Assembly (NCBI GenBank): GCA_963726195.1
Contig: CAVSBO010000008.1
Span: 32,001 to 96,000 of the forward strand
Reading direction: 5' to 3'
Length of the DNA stretch: 64,000 nt
Source: Candidatus Thorarchaeota archaeon
GTDB lineage: Archaea; Asgardarchaeota; Thorarchaeia; Thorarchaeales; Thorarchaeaceae
Shown: positions 31,603 through 42,030 of the stretch, one piece after another
Position numbering within the stretch: position 1 is the stretch's first letter
Layout of the letters: each line of letters starts with the position of its first letter
Program-made: the position numbers and the translations under genes
Notes under the pieces: generated by a model
What the model was told of the DNA's origin: nothing
Databases searched by the model: none
Seen by the model: the letters and a program-made list of their open reading frames with translations, nothing else

Positions 31603-32775
31603 TCAGCTTGGCACAGAAGTATCTGTACTCAGCGCGGTAATGAGAGGTTGCACTGCTTGTCTGGGAGCCTTAGGACTGCTGGCCCAGAATATGAAGAAGC
31701 TGACAATCGCCATGACGAGGGCATTGAACAATATCGGGAAGTAGCTAGGCCAGATTGCATAGAGAATGGCCGTGATTACCGGTCCTACTATGCCTGATAT
31801 TGCAATGACAGACTGAAGCAGACCAGAGGCCGTCGACTTTTCTTCGTTCCTTTCTGTTACATACTTCAGAGATCCCACATAGAGGCATGCCCAGGCAAAG
31901 CCCAAGACAACCTGTGAAGGCAAGATATCGATGATATTCTTGGCTAGCATAATCATGCCAAATGTGACCGCAGAACCGAGAAGGCCCAATAAGACTAGAG
32001 GTCTGTAACCGAAACGATCAGTCAAGACAACCATGAAAACCACTTGGAACCCAGAGTTGAGGGCTTGAATAATTCCTATTGTGAAATCGTTTCCTCCAAG
32101 GTCTGCCAACAGAAGAGGCCATAGTGTCCAGACAGCTTGAGCACTGCAGTTCCTGATTAGCATCGCCACTAATATCGGAAGGTTTCGCCTAACGATTTCT
32201 GTTGGGAAGAAGGGCACGCTCATGTGCTGCGCAGGGATTGGGGGTAGCATCATCGCACTGGCAGTTCCTCCAGCCAAGAACAACGTCGACACAAGGAATG
32301 CGAGATAGATTCCCGTACCCGCCGCATAGCCCGCAAGCAATGTGCCCACAGCCCAACCCAGCGCTCCATAAGAGGAGTATCTTCCCATCGGTATCTTTGA
32401 CTCGTAAGCATATGCTGTCAGCGCACCCGGGTAGACGCCGATGCAGAGACCATTCACTATTCGGACAAACAAGAGAGTCTCGGCGTTGTCAGCTAACAGC
32501 AGGACAGAGAAGCTGAGGAATGACAAGAGCATGCTAGCCCGGAGTATCAATCTGCGCCCGTGGATATCTCCCGCCCTTCCAAAGACATAGCTTGTCAAGA
32601 ATGATGCGGCCGCATACGCACCAACTACCAATGAAATGTACAACTCATCAGCCCCCAAGTAGTCACGGGCGAGAATTGGTATGTAAGTGGTGGAGGACAG
32701 AATGGCGGCGCCAGCCATGAACTGCATCGTTTCTATCTTCAAGTGCGGGTCGGTCTTCGGCCCACCAAAGTGCAC
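31603..32775 (-). CDS. MFS transporter
   Basis: GR.GD..GRR and DRFG.R motifs; about 12 TMs. Confidence 0.88.
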   Translation of the reverse strand: MHFGGPKTDPHLKIETMQFMAGAAILSSTTYIPILARDYLGADELYISLVVGAYAAASFLTSYVFGRAGDIHGRRLILRASMLLSFLSFSVLLLADNAETLLFVRIVNGLCIGVYPGALTAYAYESKIPMGRYSSYGALGWAVGTLLAGYAAGTGIYLAFLVSTLFLAGGTASAMMLPPIPAQHMSVPFFPTEIVRRNLPILVAMLIRNCSAQAVWTLWPLLLADLGGNDFTIGIIQALNSGFQVVFMVVLTDRFGYRPLVLLGLLGSAVTFGMIMLAKNIIDILPSQVVLGFAWACLYVGSLKYVTERNEEKSTASGLLQSVIAISGIVGPVITAILYAIWPSYFPILFNALVMAIVSFFIFWASSPKAPRQAVQPLITALSTDTSVPS

Positions 32776-32848
32776 TTTTTAGTCGTTCTCTATGTCTCTG
32801 CAAAGCTATTTCTTGTTACAGGTCTAAGGAGACCTCGGAGAGAGGACA

Positions 32849-33244
32849 ATGACTGGATTCTTCACACCCAAGGTGAAGTTCATCGCGATTACTGCGAACG
32901 AGCTCTTCCTGGTTCCCTTGGCCATCATTGTTGTGTACTATTTCGCCCCGGAATATGTGTGGGATGTGGCCATTTTCTCGATTGCCTGTGCTGTGGTATT
33001 CGTGGTGGTGAAGTATTACTTGGTCTATCCTTCGTTACTGGATTCAGATTCATATGAGCTGTACGACTTGAAGGGAATGACTGTCGTCGTCACAGAGACC
33101 GTCACGCCCAATCGAGGCAAGATTAGAGTAGGCCAGGAAATCTGGGAAGCCCGGTGTGAGACAGGGGAGATTGCTCCGGGCACCAAGGTGCGTGTCTTGT
33201 CTAGGCAGAACCTGATGGTGATCGTCGCTGCAATCGATACCTGA
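32849..33244 (+). CDS. NfeD-like OB-fold membrane protein
   Basis: Two TMs, then G.IRVGQEIWEAR...I..GTKVRV. Confidence 0.85.
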   Translation: MTGFFTPKVKFIAITANELFLVPLAIIVVYYFAPEYVWDVAIFSIACAVVFVVVKYYLVYPSLLDSDSYELYDLKGMTVVVTETVTPNRGKIRVGQEIWEARCETGEIAPGTKVRVLSRQNLMVIVAAIDT

Positions 33245-33348
33245 CTCGTGTGAGTAAGCATGACGTTTTTTCTGGGAATTGCGGTTTTGCTATTATGTGC
33301 ATCCCTGCATTACTGAAGTATAAATCCACCCACGCAGAAATAGGCGGT

Positions 33349-33771
33349 ATGCCTTTGGAGGATATTCTCGTAGGACTTGCGATAGGACTCGTGTTCACAA
33401 TCCTTGTTTATGTCATCATGGTCATGAGAGGCAAGCGAATGTGGGCCGAACAAGAGGCTGGAATAAGAAAGGATGCGTCTGATCGAAGTCGATATGTTCT
33501 GAAAGGAAAGATAATGGAGCAATTTGTTCCCCTGCTACGTGACAAGTTCAAGCACGAGCCGGCAGATGCACGTTTCTTGGGGAGTCCGATCGACTACATT
33601 ATCTTCGACGGATACTCTGCAGTCAAAGATGACAACTCTGAAGATCCTATCAGTATAGTCATAGCCGACATTAAGACGGGGAACGCTCTGCTCAGCAGAA
33701 CCGAACGCAAGATAAAGGAAGCAGTCGAAGCCGGCAGGGTCCACTGGGAGACCATTCAGACAGATTTCTGA
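33349..33771 (+). CDS. Holliday-junction-resolvase-like endonuclease (Endonuc_Holl) with N-terminal TM
   Basis: SR.VL.GKI.EQ..P, RFLGSPIDYI.F.G, DIKTG..LS..E. Confidence 0.85.
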   Translation: MPLEDILVGLAIGLVFTILVYVIMVMRGKRMWAEQEAGIRKDASDRSRYVLKGKIMEQFVPLLRDKFKHEPADARFLGSPIDYIIFDGYSAVKDDNSEDPISIVIADIKTGNALLSRTERKIKEAVEAGRVHWETIQTDF

Positions 33772-34154
33772 ACTGCCTCCTCTGAGCAGTCTTGGTAGAC
33801 CTGCGCCGCTGGATGCTGAACGCAGTGCTCGGAGAAGCACTCTTTCATCAGTACTCGTATGACTGCATCATGTATGATGTCATCTTGGGGCAGGCCTGAA
33901 AGGACGATATCGCATATCCTGATTGTTGGGAGAGCGACTATCTGAATATCGCTCTCTAGCTCATCCTGTGAGTCAATATCAACCTCCCTCAGTACATCAG
34001 TCGATACTCCGTATTGAGAAATGGCATTTGTCAGCATCTCGCTCGCAATGTCACAGAAGTAGCAGTTCTCGCCCCTGTATAGAGCAATGCAGCTCTGCCT
34101 GCCGCACAATGGCAACGGCGAGTTGAATGCAGAGGATAGCGGTCCTGTGCTCAT
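33756..34154 (-). CDS. Thioredoxin-fold protein
   Basis: CYFC, EVDID, ALPTI, GLP. Confidence 0.75.
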   Translation of the reverse strand: MSTGPLSSAFNSPLPLCGRQSCIALYRGENCYFCDIASEMLTNAISQYGVSTDVLREVDIDSQDELESDIQIVALPTIRICDIVLSGLPQDDIIHDAVIRVLMKECFSEHCVQHPAAQVYQDCSEEAVQKSV

Positions 34155-34451
34155 TCTTGCGCCTCCCGGGTGACTATTATAGTATATTCAAACATATTTA
34201 ACGATAGAGTGTGCCTAATACCTACGGTCGGCAAGAGGACTATCCCAAGGTTAGGAACATGGAGGTCACACGACTGTCTTTGCAGACTAGTCTTCTACTG
34301 TTAGGAGGAAGATTCCTCACAGTAATCAGATTGCACCGTAGGGTGAAAGAGGGGAATAAGAAAATTGGCGTTGCGGCGGACCTAGTCGTCGAGCCCGCCG
34401 GCAACGTGCATTCAAGCGTGCTAGACTGAAACGAAGCTGCTTCTCGTACGA

Positions 34452-34871
34452 TTAGTCGTAACGAGGGCGGCTTTCGTAGTAACGGCGATGGCGAGTCCTG
34501 TGGTGTTCGTACTCGGTCGCGTATCTCTTCCTAGGATGTTCGTGTTCTTTCGTGGCCCGCTTCTTGATCGTGAGGAAGACTTCGTCTGCAGCGATGTCGG
34601 CATCGTCTTTGTCGGATTTTGGCTTCCCGACAGATAGCATCTGTTCGTCCGTAAAGCGGGCTTTCTTATCAAGCCGGACGACAATTACATCCGGTTTGTT
34701 GAATCCGCTTTCTGCCTCAATTACAATACCAGAAGCAGATACTTTCGAACCAGACTCTATGTGAGTTCCTTCGATAGTAGCAACGATATCCGAGGTCTTG
34801 AGGTACTGCTTGACCCAATCAACCGCTTTGTCCATATCTTCGCCTTTGAAATACTGCTTAGCTTGTGACAA
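34452..34871 (-). CDS. Hypothetical protein resembling the TrmB C-terminal beta-barrel, with His/Arg/Tyr-rich tail
   Basis: ATIEG....SG..V..SG.V and SVG......D..A..V.L; GGTG RBS. Confidence 0.5.
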   Translation of the reverse strand: MSQAKQYFKGEDMDKAVDWVKQYLKTSDIVATIEGTHIESGSKVSASGIVIEAESGFNKPDVIVVRLDKKARFTDEQMLSVGKPKSDKDDADIAADEVFLTIKKRATKEHEHPRKRYATEYEHHRTRHRRYYESRPRYD

Positions 34872-35181
34872 CTCGACACACCTTTGGTGGCTAGTATCCT
34901 AAAGGAGTAGCCCTAATAATCCTTTTACTGTCAGACTTTATTTCTTTTGCGGGGCAAGTCAATCGTTCTCCATGTACCGAGGATGTTCTGGCCTTGGAGA
35001 GCTCTTACGACGCATCTGGCCGAGCTTGTTCCTTCTGCTGTCCGTACAAGGGCGCCTTACGCCGATATCGTGAAAGAGCTCGTCTTTTCAGTTGAGCTTG
35101 CCCTATGATGCCCCCAATAGCAGACTCAAAGTCGTTCGTCATGTTTTTCATTCGGTACCGGCCTCAGATGCTTGAGACAAC

Positions 35182-36370
35182 TTGATGTCAGTCAAGGCGG
35201 ACGTGATTCCATCTTCGGAGGTTCTATCACGGGTGCAGAACCTACGTAAGAAGCTAAACGATGCCAACTTGGGCGGTGCATTGTTGCTGTCTTCCCAAGA
35301 GTGCTACTACTACTCCCGACTTGGCATCGAAGGGGCTGTCTTTGTGCCAGTGGAGGGGGAGCCTGTTCATCTCATCAAGCGCAACCTGGCATTTGGCTGC
35401 GCCCACTCGGCAATAGCGCGGGTTCAGGAGTTCGGAAGGCAATCAAAGCTGTTCGAGACTCTAGGAATCAAGTCGGGCACCAAGCTGGCAATTGAGGCTG
35501 ACTTGCTGCCCTTCTCGTTTGTGAAGTACTTACAGTCGAAAGCAGATGATATCGAGCTCGTTGATGGCAGTCAGCTGTTCAGGCAACTGCGTGCTGTCAA
35601 GTCTGATTTTGAAATCGGTCTCATCGAGCGAGCAGCGCGAACGGTTGACAAGATGCTCGGATTCTGTCAAGAGACTTCACGACCGGAGATGACCGAAATC
35701 GAACTGTCATCACGTCTGGATTCTTGGCTACTCCAAAACGGTCATGATGGTTTCATAACAACCCATGCTTTCAACTCATTGATGTTTCAGTATTCATACG
35801 TGGTCTCAAGCGCAGCCGCAGCCATGAACACGTACTTCACGCCGGTGTCGAGCACGGGGCTCTCGCTGAAGTATCCCTACGGTCCAAGCCGAACAAAGAT
35901 TGGCCGAGGGCGCCCCTTCTTGGTAGATGCCTGCGGTAATTGCCAGGGCTACATATCCGATACCACAAGGACGTTCGTATGCGGGCGTTTTGACAAATCA
36001 GATCGCGACCAATTGGACGCTCTGATTCAGGTGAGAACGTTCATCAGTCGTCAACTCAGACCTGGCTTGAATCTGGGAGAGCTGTATGGGCTTGTGCTTG
36101 AGCTGACACGTGAGCTCAAGATTGAAGAGCACTTCATGGGCGCTGGGCCCGATAAGGTTCCTTTCTTGGGTCACGGCGTGGGCTTGGAACTCGATGATTT
36201 GCCCGTGTTCCATGCTGGGGGACCGGAATTGCTGGCCGGCAACGTATTGGCGTGCGAACCAAAGCTGAATCATGCCGGGAAAGAGCGTGCTAGGCATTGA
36301 AGACACCTACGCGATCACACAGTCGGGTTGTAGGCGCTTGTCCAATGCCCGAGAGCGCTTTGAAGTATAG
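35182..36370 (+). CDS. M24 Xaa-Pro peptidase family, frameshift near 36270
   Basis: LRAVKS..EI, D..G...GY.SD.TRT, GHGVGLE, EPK; GIEDT in shifted frame. Confidence 0.88.
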
Positions 36371-36389
36371 GCACCTAACAAGACCGCAA

Positions 36390-36855
36390 TTACTGGCCAA
36401 GAATGGCATGACCGACATTGAGACCGAACTGCTGAGCCTTCGGAATCTCGCCATCAACCAGGGGCCCGGTCCTGCTTTTGACCTCTGCAGAAAAGCCTTC
36501 GCCAACAAGCTTCACCCCACGCAGCTTCTCTCGAATCTTTCTCTGCAGCTTGGCGACCGCAATACCCTTGTTTGCACCCATGTAGGTATCAAACGCTGCA
36601 GACAGACTTGCCTCTCAAGTCCACTGAGGAAGCCCGTTCAAGGAATCCCGTCACTCCACGTGATGGTTCCTGCATGTGATTTGGGCCGCCGAAAAGGATT
36701 GCATCGTAGCGTAGGAGTTCGTCTGGCTGCGCTTCAGCTGGGCTAACCAATTTGCATTCGATATCGCCAGCTTGTTTGATGCCTTCCACTATCGCTTCCG
36801 CAATCCGCTTCGTGTTTCCGTACTTGCTCTCATAGACTACCAGTGCGCGCTTCAT
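36390..36855 (-). CDS. Flavodoxin-like protein, frameshift near 36605
   Basis: YESKYGNTKRIAEAI, G.P; C-part GPL.DGE..KA..FG. Confidence 0.8.
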
Positions 36856-37097
36856 TTCTTGGTCTCGTCTAATACGACGTTCTCCCCCTTATGTCAATTT
36901 CCCGAAACGACACGGGAGTCTTCGACATGAATAGAACCGGGTCTTTGGCCTGAGACACATGCGGGCAAGGTATGGTGCTCAAGAGAACGAGTCATGCCTT
37001 GATTTCATCGACGGAGTCAGGGAAGACCATGACAGGAACGGTGATATTCGGAAGAAGATGAAGGCCGCAAGAGACCCACTCTAGGAGCGACGCTGCA

Positions 37098-37625
37098 ATG
37101 CGAGAGTTCAGCTTTGACTTCGTGGAAGGAAGAATCCGGAAAAAGACGTTTGGTGTGCTGACGACAATAGATCGCCAAGAGCGTCCTCACTCGACCGGGG
37201 TTCTCTACGGAATCTCCCCGCCGGAGTCCAAGTTTTCAATCTATGTGATGGCGGGTGCTGGTTACGCGAAAGTGCGGAATGTAAAGCGCAATCCAAACGT
37301 TTCCTTGGTGGTGACGTTTCCTCACTACTATGTGCGCTTTGTTCCCGCCAGCTATGTCATGTTCCGCGGAAAGGCAGAGGTCGTCCCGCCAGACGACACA
37401 GATGGTCGGTGGGCCTTCAATCAAAAGAGGATTCTGCGCATGAGCCAGTCTGTTGATGCAGCAAGCGAGCCGGTCTTCATTAGGCTTGACCCCGAACCGA
37501 CTGTCTTCTGTTTCGGAGTCGGAATCGGTACGATTCAGCTAAGGCGACACATTGAATCGGGCGCGTACAAAGTCATAATCCCGGAGGGACGCCTGGCCTC
37601 CAAGAAGAGCCATCAGAACCCCTGA
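37098..37625 (+). CDS. Pyridoxamine 5'-phosphate oxidase-like FMN-binding protein
   Basis: GVLTT....PH, KVRNV.RNP.VSL. Confidence 0.82.
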   Translation: MREFSFDFVEGRIRKKTFGVLTTIDRQERPHSTGVLYGISPPESKFSIYVMAGAGYAKVRNVKRNPNVSLVVTFPHYYVRFVPASYVMFRGKAEVVPPDDTDGRWAFNQKRILRMSQSVDAASEPVFIRLDPEPTVFCFGVGIGTIQLRRHIESGAYKVIIPEGRLASKKSHQNP

Positions 37626-37639
37626 GAGTCACTATGAGC

Positions 37640-38050
37640 CTACTTCAGGGGCACGTACGATGACGACTTGGTTGCACCAATGCCTGGGTTGCCATGACTG
37701 ACCTTTCTTGTTGACGGCGCGAATTCACCCAAGACGTGTCCAATCATCTGGGGAATAATCTTGACCTTGGCGAAATCCTTGCCGTTATGAACTGCGACCG
37801 TCAGGTCAATCATCTCAGGAAGGACGACCATATCTCGGCAATGAGTCTTGACAATCACGTCTTTGCCTTTCTTCTGTGACTTCCTGGCATTCCTGAGCTT
37901 AGTGAGCAGCTTCTTCTGTCTCGGGGGTAGACCTCGTTTCAGTGTTCTTCTTCTGCGGCTTGGAAGAATCTCCATGAGATCATCTATGTTCATCTTAGCG
38001 AGTTCTTCAATTTCGTGCCCGCGATAGGTTGGAACACCTTTCTGAGACAT
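37640..38050 (-). CDS. rps19p: 30S ribosomal protein uS19 (archaeal S19P)
   Basis: YRG, RR.L.RG, KTH.RDM..LPEM, VHNGK.F, MIGH.LGEF. Confidence 0.96.
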   Translation of the reverse strand: MSQKGVPTYRGHEIEELAKMNIDDLMEILPSRRRRTLKRGLPPRQKKLLTKLRNARKSQKKGKDVIVKTHCRDMVVLPEMIDLTVAVHNGKDFAKVKIIPQMIGHVLGEFAPSTRKVSHGNPGIGATKSSSYVPLK

Positions 38051-38168
38051 CTAATCACCAGGTTGGCATCAGAGATGGCTAATGCTACTCAAATCGAGTC
38101 GAGGCATCCAAGACGCAACTTAAACGTTTCGTCAGGGTCTTTCGCAGGACATGCGACTCGGTGCCACC

Positions 38169-38690
38169 TTATGAAGGCTCGCCCTTTTGATCAGCTGCCT
38201 TCTTGACTGCATCAGGAACCCAGTCCATGGAATTCCTCAGTCCTGGATCCCTAATGAGTGCCAGCCTCGCTAGTTCAAGTGCCTTGTCCCATCGTTCCAA
38301 TTCGTAATTGATCTCGGCCATATGGAGTATCGCGAGAGGCAGTTTCTTCTCTCGCTTCAACGCAGTTTCAAACGCTGTTAACGACTCTTCAAGCATCCCG
38401 AGGATGCGAAGGCATACACCTTTGTTGAAAAGGGGAACGGGGTCCTTAGGTGCGATTGTAGCCGCTTTGTCCAGCAGGTCTAACGCCTCTTTGGCAGAGG
38501 GGCTGTCCTTCTTCGCGGCGCCCTCAGTTTCCATAAGCGCCACTGCCAGTGAAACCATCGCATTGGTGTGAGCCGGATTCTTGGAAACAATATCCCTGAG
38601 AATCGCTATTGCCTCCTCGGTCTTTCCACTAGTAAGTAGCATCGCGGCCTGCTGATACTCCGAGTCCTTCTTCCGTCCAAGTGCTGGCAT
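38169..38690 (-). CDS. Tetratricopeptide-repeat protein
   Basis: About four helical TPR units (EA...L, P....A, NKG..L..LG..EE). Confidence 0.8.
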   Translation of the reverse strand: MPALGRKKDSEYQQAAMLLTSGKTEEAIAILRDIVSKNPAHTNAMVSLAVALMETEGAAKKDSPSAKEALDLLDKAATIAPKDPVPLFNKGVCLRILGMLEESLTAFETALKREKKLPLAILHMAEINYELERWDKALELARLALIRDPGLRNSMDWVPDAVKKAADQKGEPS

Positions 38691-38755
38691 GGTGGTGTCG
38701 GATTGGACTGGAACCGACGATACTCTTAAGTCATCGCCTAATAGAACCGCCGCAC

Positions 38756-40115
38756 GTGGGACGTATCTTCGGCACAAACGGTGTGCGTGGAATCATTAAC
38801 CAAAGCATTACCGTGGACATGGCTCTAGACATCAGTAGGGCTGCTGCTACTATCCTAGGTGTCGGTCATGTTGCAATTGCCCGAGATTCTCGCATGGGCG
38901 GGGAGATGTTTTCACGGGCCATAACGTCAGGTCTCCTGTCGACGGGTTGCTCGGTCGTAGATGTTGGGCTCGCTCCAACTCCAGCGCTCCAATTCATGGT
39001 GCCCAGACTCGGCTGTGTTGGGGGCATTATGGTCACTGCATCACACAATCCCGGGGAGTTCAATGGCATAAAGGTCGTGGGACTTGACGGCATTGAGGTC
39101 TCTCGGGACGTTGAAAGCCGCATCGAAGAGGTGTACTTTGACAGGAAATTCAGAGTTGCTTCGTGGGACAAGATTGGAACTGTAGGAAGCTCATGATTCC
39201 GCACTGAGACAGTTCATGGACGGCATAAAGAATCACATAGACATTCAAAGGACGCAGAAACGGAGGCTCACAGTCGTTGTCGATTGTGCAAACAGTGTTG
39301 GTTCGCTGGTGACACCACAGCTCATGAGAGAACTTGGATGCAAGGTGTTCTCAATCAATGCACAGCTAGATGGTACCTTTCCTGGCAGGAAGCCTGAACC
39401 ACTTCCGGAGAACCTCACAGAACTGAGTCGGGCCGTCGTATCCATCGGGGCAGACATGGGAATTGCACACGACGGCGATGCTGACCGTGCAACTTTCGTG
39501 GATGAAAAAGGCCAGGTCCTCTGGGGTGATCAGTCGTTTGCGCTGATAGCCTCGCGAGTACTGGCCCGTAGACCCGGTTCAACTCTCGTAACACCGGTAA
39601 GCAGCGGGAGGTTGATTGAAGACATAGCCAAACAGACTGGTGCCAAGATTGTTTGGACAGAAGTGGGTAGTGTCGTGGTTTCTCACAAGGTGAAGGAAAT
39701 CGGAGCTGAACTCGGTGGAGAAGAGAACGGGGGCGTCTTTTACCCGCCGCATCAGCCAGTTCGAGATGGCCCAATGACGGCCGCCCAGGTTGTGGACATA
39801 ATGGCTGCCGATGGAGAAAGCTTGTCGAAGCTAGTTGAAAAACTACCTAGGTATGCCAACGCCAAGGTCAAGGTCCCAGTACCTGCCGAGAAGAAAGATC
39901 GTATACTCGGCGCTTTGCTTCGAATGACCGAAGGCCAAAACAGGGTCACGCTCGATGGAGTCAAGCTGATTTACGACGAAGGCTGGATTCTGATGAGACC
40001 ATCAGGGACTGAGCCTCTGTGGCGATGCTTTGCTGAGGGAAGATCTCAGAAGACCGCTGACAAGCTGTCTCAGCAAGGAGTGGACCTGATTCAAAAGGCG
40101 ATAGCGCAATCTTAG
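38756..40115 (+). CDS. Phosphoglucosamine mutase / phosphomannomutase, frameshift near 39190
   Basis: FGTNGVRG, TASHNP, DGDADR, GGEENG, RPSGTEP. Confidence 0.9.
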
Positions 40116-40261
40116 GTTATGGAATACGCAGGTCACCAATATGGCACCTGCAGTCATGGCTAGAACTCTGTGAAGCCGGTCAAATCGGAAAGAAAACAAA
40201 ATGCAAAGAGAGGGATTTGCTCGGTCCCTCTCATGAGGTAGTGATCCTCGGGTCGCAGCGC

Positions 40262-40636
40262 CTACTTCTTGGCCTTCGGAGGAGCCTTGGTCTCAGGCTT
40301 CTTCTCTTCTGGTTTTGCTTCGGGCTTCTTCTCCTCTTCAAAGTCGAAGTCCTCAAGTGGCTCAGGAGCTGGAGTTGTCACCATTGTCCAACCAATCCAC
40401 ATTCCGATAACAGCGATCAAGACCACGGCAAGCCAGATTGGGAGCATGATTAGAAACATCGGATCTGGCATGAAAAGGTCGCGCCATATGCCGGGCGGAA
40501 ATATGCTGTTGCCCCAAGCTCGGGCACCGGGTCCGAACCACGGGTTGGCTAGAATCACAAGATTCCAGGTGTAGTAGATTAGCACAAGAAATGCGACGAC
40601 GAGTATGAGAGCACCAATTCCTTTCTCTTTGCCCAT
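40262..40636 (-). CDS. Conserved archaeal two-TM membrane protein
   Basis: Two TMs then WIGWTM.TTP.P.P and acidic/Lys tail. Confidence 0.65.
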   Translation of the reverse strand: MGKEKGIGALILVVAFLVLIYYTWNLVILANPWFGPGARAWGNSIFPPGIWRDLFMPDPMFLIMLPIWLAVVLIAVIGMWIGWTMVTTPAPEPLEDFDFEEEKKPEAKPEEKKPETKAPPKAKK

Positions 40637-41472
40637 TAGTGTTCACTACCTACTCCGGTTTGAAAGCACTAGGAGGTTATCCGTTTCAGCCATAATAAAA
40701 GGATTGTGCAAACTGACATACTCCCACGGCTAAAGATTGTGAGGTTCTAAGGTCTGCATCGTCCTTGCAGTTGCCTCTTGGGGCGTATCAGTGCTGCCCT
40801 CCGACATATCACTTTCTACGTCGGATTGAGAAACGCCCACAGGACGCAATGCTATGTTGAACGAAGCATTGACGTCGGCGTTCTCCACGTACCCGCATGT
40901 TAGGCACTTGAATCTCTTACCGTTCCGGTCTCCTAAATGGCCGCACCTCGAACAGCTCTTACTCGTCCATGCAGGCTCGATGTAGGCTACGACTATTCCT
41001 TGCAGCTTGGCCTTGTAATCGACAAACTTTCGTAGCTGGCAGAAGGACCAACTGTTCAAGGAGTAGTTGAACGACTTTACATGTTTCTTGTCCTTTCGGA
41101 TGCCGCTAAGGTCTTCGAGCTTGATACCAGATCCCGAAGCCTTTGCTGTCTCGACTATCTTACTGCTCATCCTGTGGTTAATGTCCCTGACAATGCGGCT
41201 CTCTCCGTTCCTAATCTTCTTGACCATGCTATACTTCCTGCGTTTCTGGAGCCTGCGCCGGATGTTCTTGTACTTCTTGTGGATATGCCGGCATTGCTTG
41301 CCGAGCTTCCATACCTTTCCGGTCCTCGGATTACACACGACGGCCGCATGTCCGGTAGCGTTGAGGTCTACGCCAATGTAGTATTCTGGTTCCAAAGCTT
41401 CCTTCTCGGGTACGCTCACGCTGACATAGGGATGTTTGCCATTCCATGCGTACGTTTCAGCACGTTAAGATA

Positions 41473-41893
41473 CTACTTTGCTGATTTGTTCTTCACAGTG
41501 CTTCGAGTCCCACGAGTGTTAATCGCGGTTTTCGCTTTGGAATGATTGTGGTTTACGGCCGATTGAACGAGAATTGCTAGCGATCTCCCATTGATTTTGT
41601 CGTCCTTGAAAAAGTCGATAGTTCTCCATTTCTTGCCCTCAAGCCCGTTGTTGAATAGTTTGTCCGGGTCAGGAAGACTTGCACCTTCATAAAAAGTCAG
41701 CTTAACCTTGTCTTTGAAGGCATTTGCGACACAGACTATCCCATCGTGAGACCAGACTGGGGTACCCATCCATTTCCATTCCTCGACAATCTCGGGATCA
41801 GCATCGCGGATAATCTTGCGGATGTTGGTAAAAGTCACTCCGCGCCAATCAGTAAGTTTTGCGATTAAATCATTAATTAGATCACTTGCGTTC
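41473..41893 (-). CDS. DUF1801 (YdhG-like) protein, cassette cargo
   Basis: DWRG, ADP.I.EEWKWMGTPVW, KVKLTF..GA.L.DP..LFN..L; GGAG RBS. Confidence 0.88.
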
Positions 41894-41965
41894 ATTTTGA
41901 CATCTCCCATTTGAAGAGTTAATGAATCTATCAGGCTGATATGGTAATCTCTGCCCGCCATGTAT

Positions 41966-42030
41966 ATTGTGTGCCTGACCGGACATTAGTGTCAAACTGA
42001 AACGATAACGCGTACTTGGCCGCGTGTCAA
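41966..42030 (-). promoter_or_regulatory. Two tandem bacterial sigma70-like promoters upstream of the DUF1801 gene
   Basis: TTGACA-N17-TATCGT (42030-42002) and TTGACA-N18-CACAAT (41995-41966). Confidence 0.55.

Noticed and set aside
33756-34154. KaiB-like clock protein
   Set aside because: It has a CxxC and no kaiC neighbour; a generic thioredoxin fold is more parsimonious.
40682-41461. CGTTTCAGC (40682, 41453) and CTGACATA (40713, 41421) each occurring twice
   Set aside because: Only 8-9 bp, in swapped order, with no mechanism; compatible with chance.
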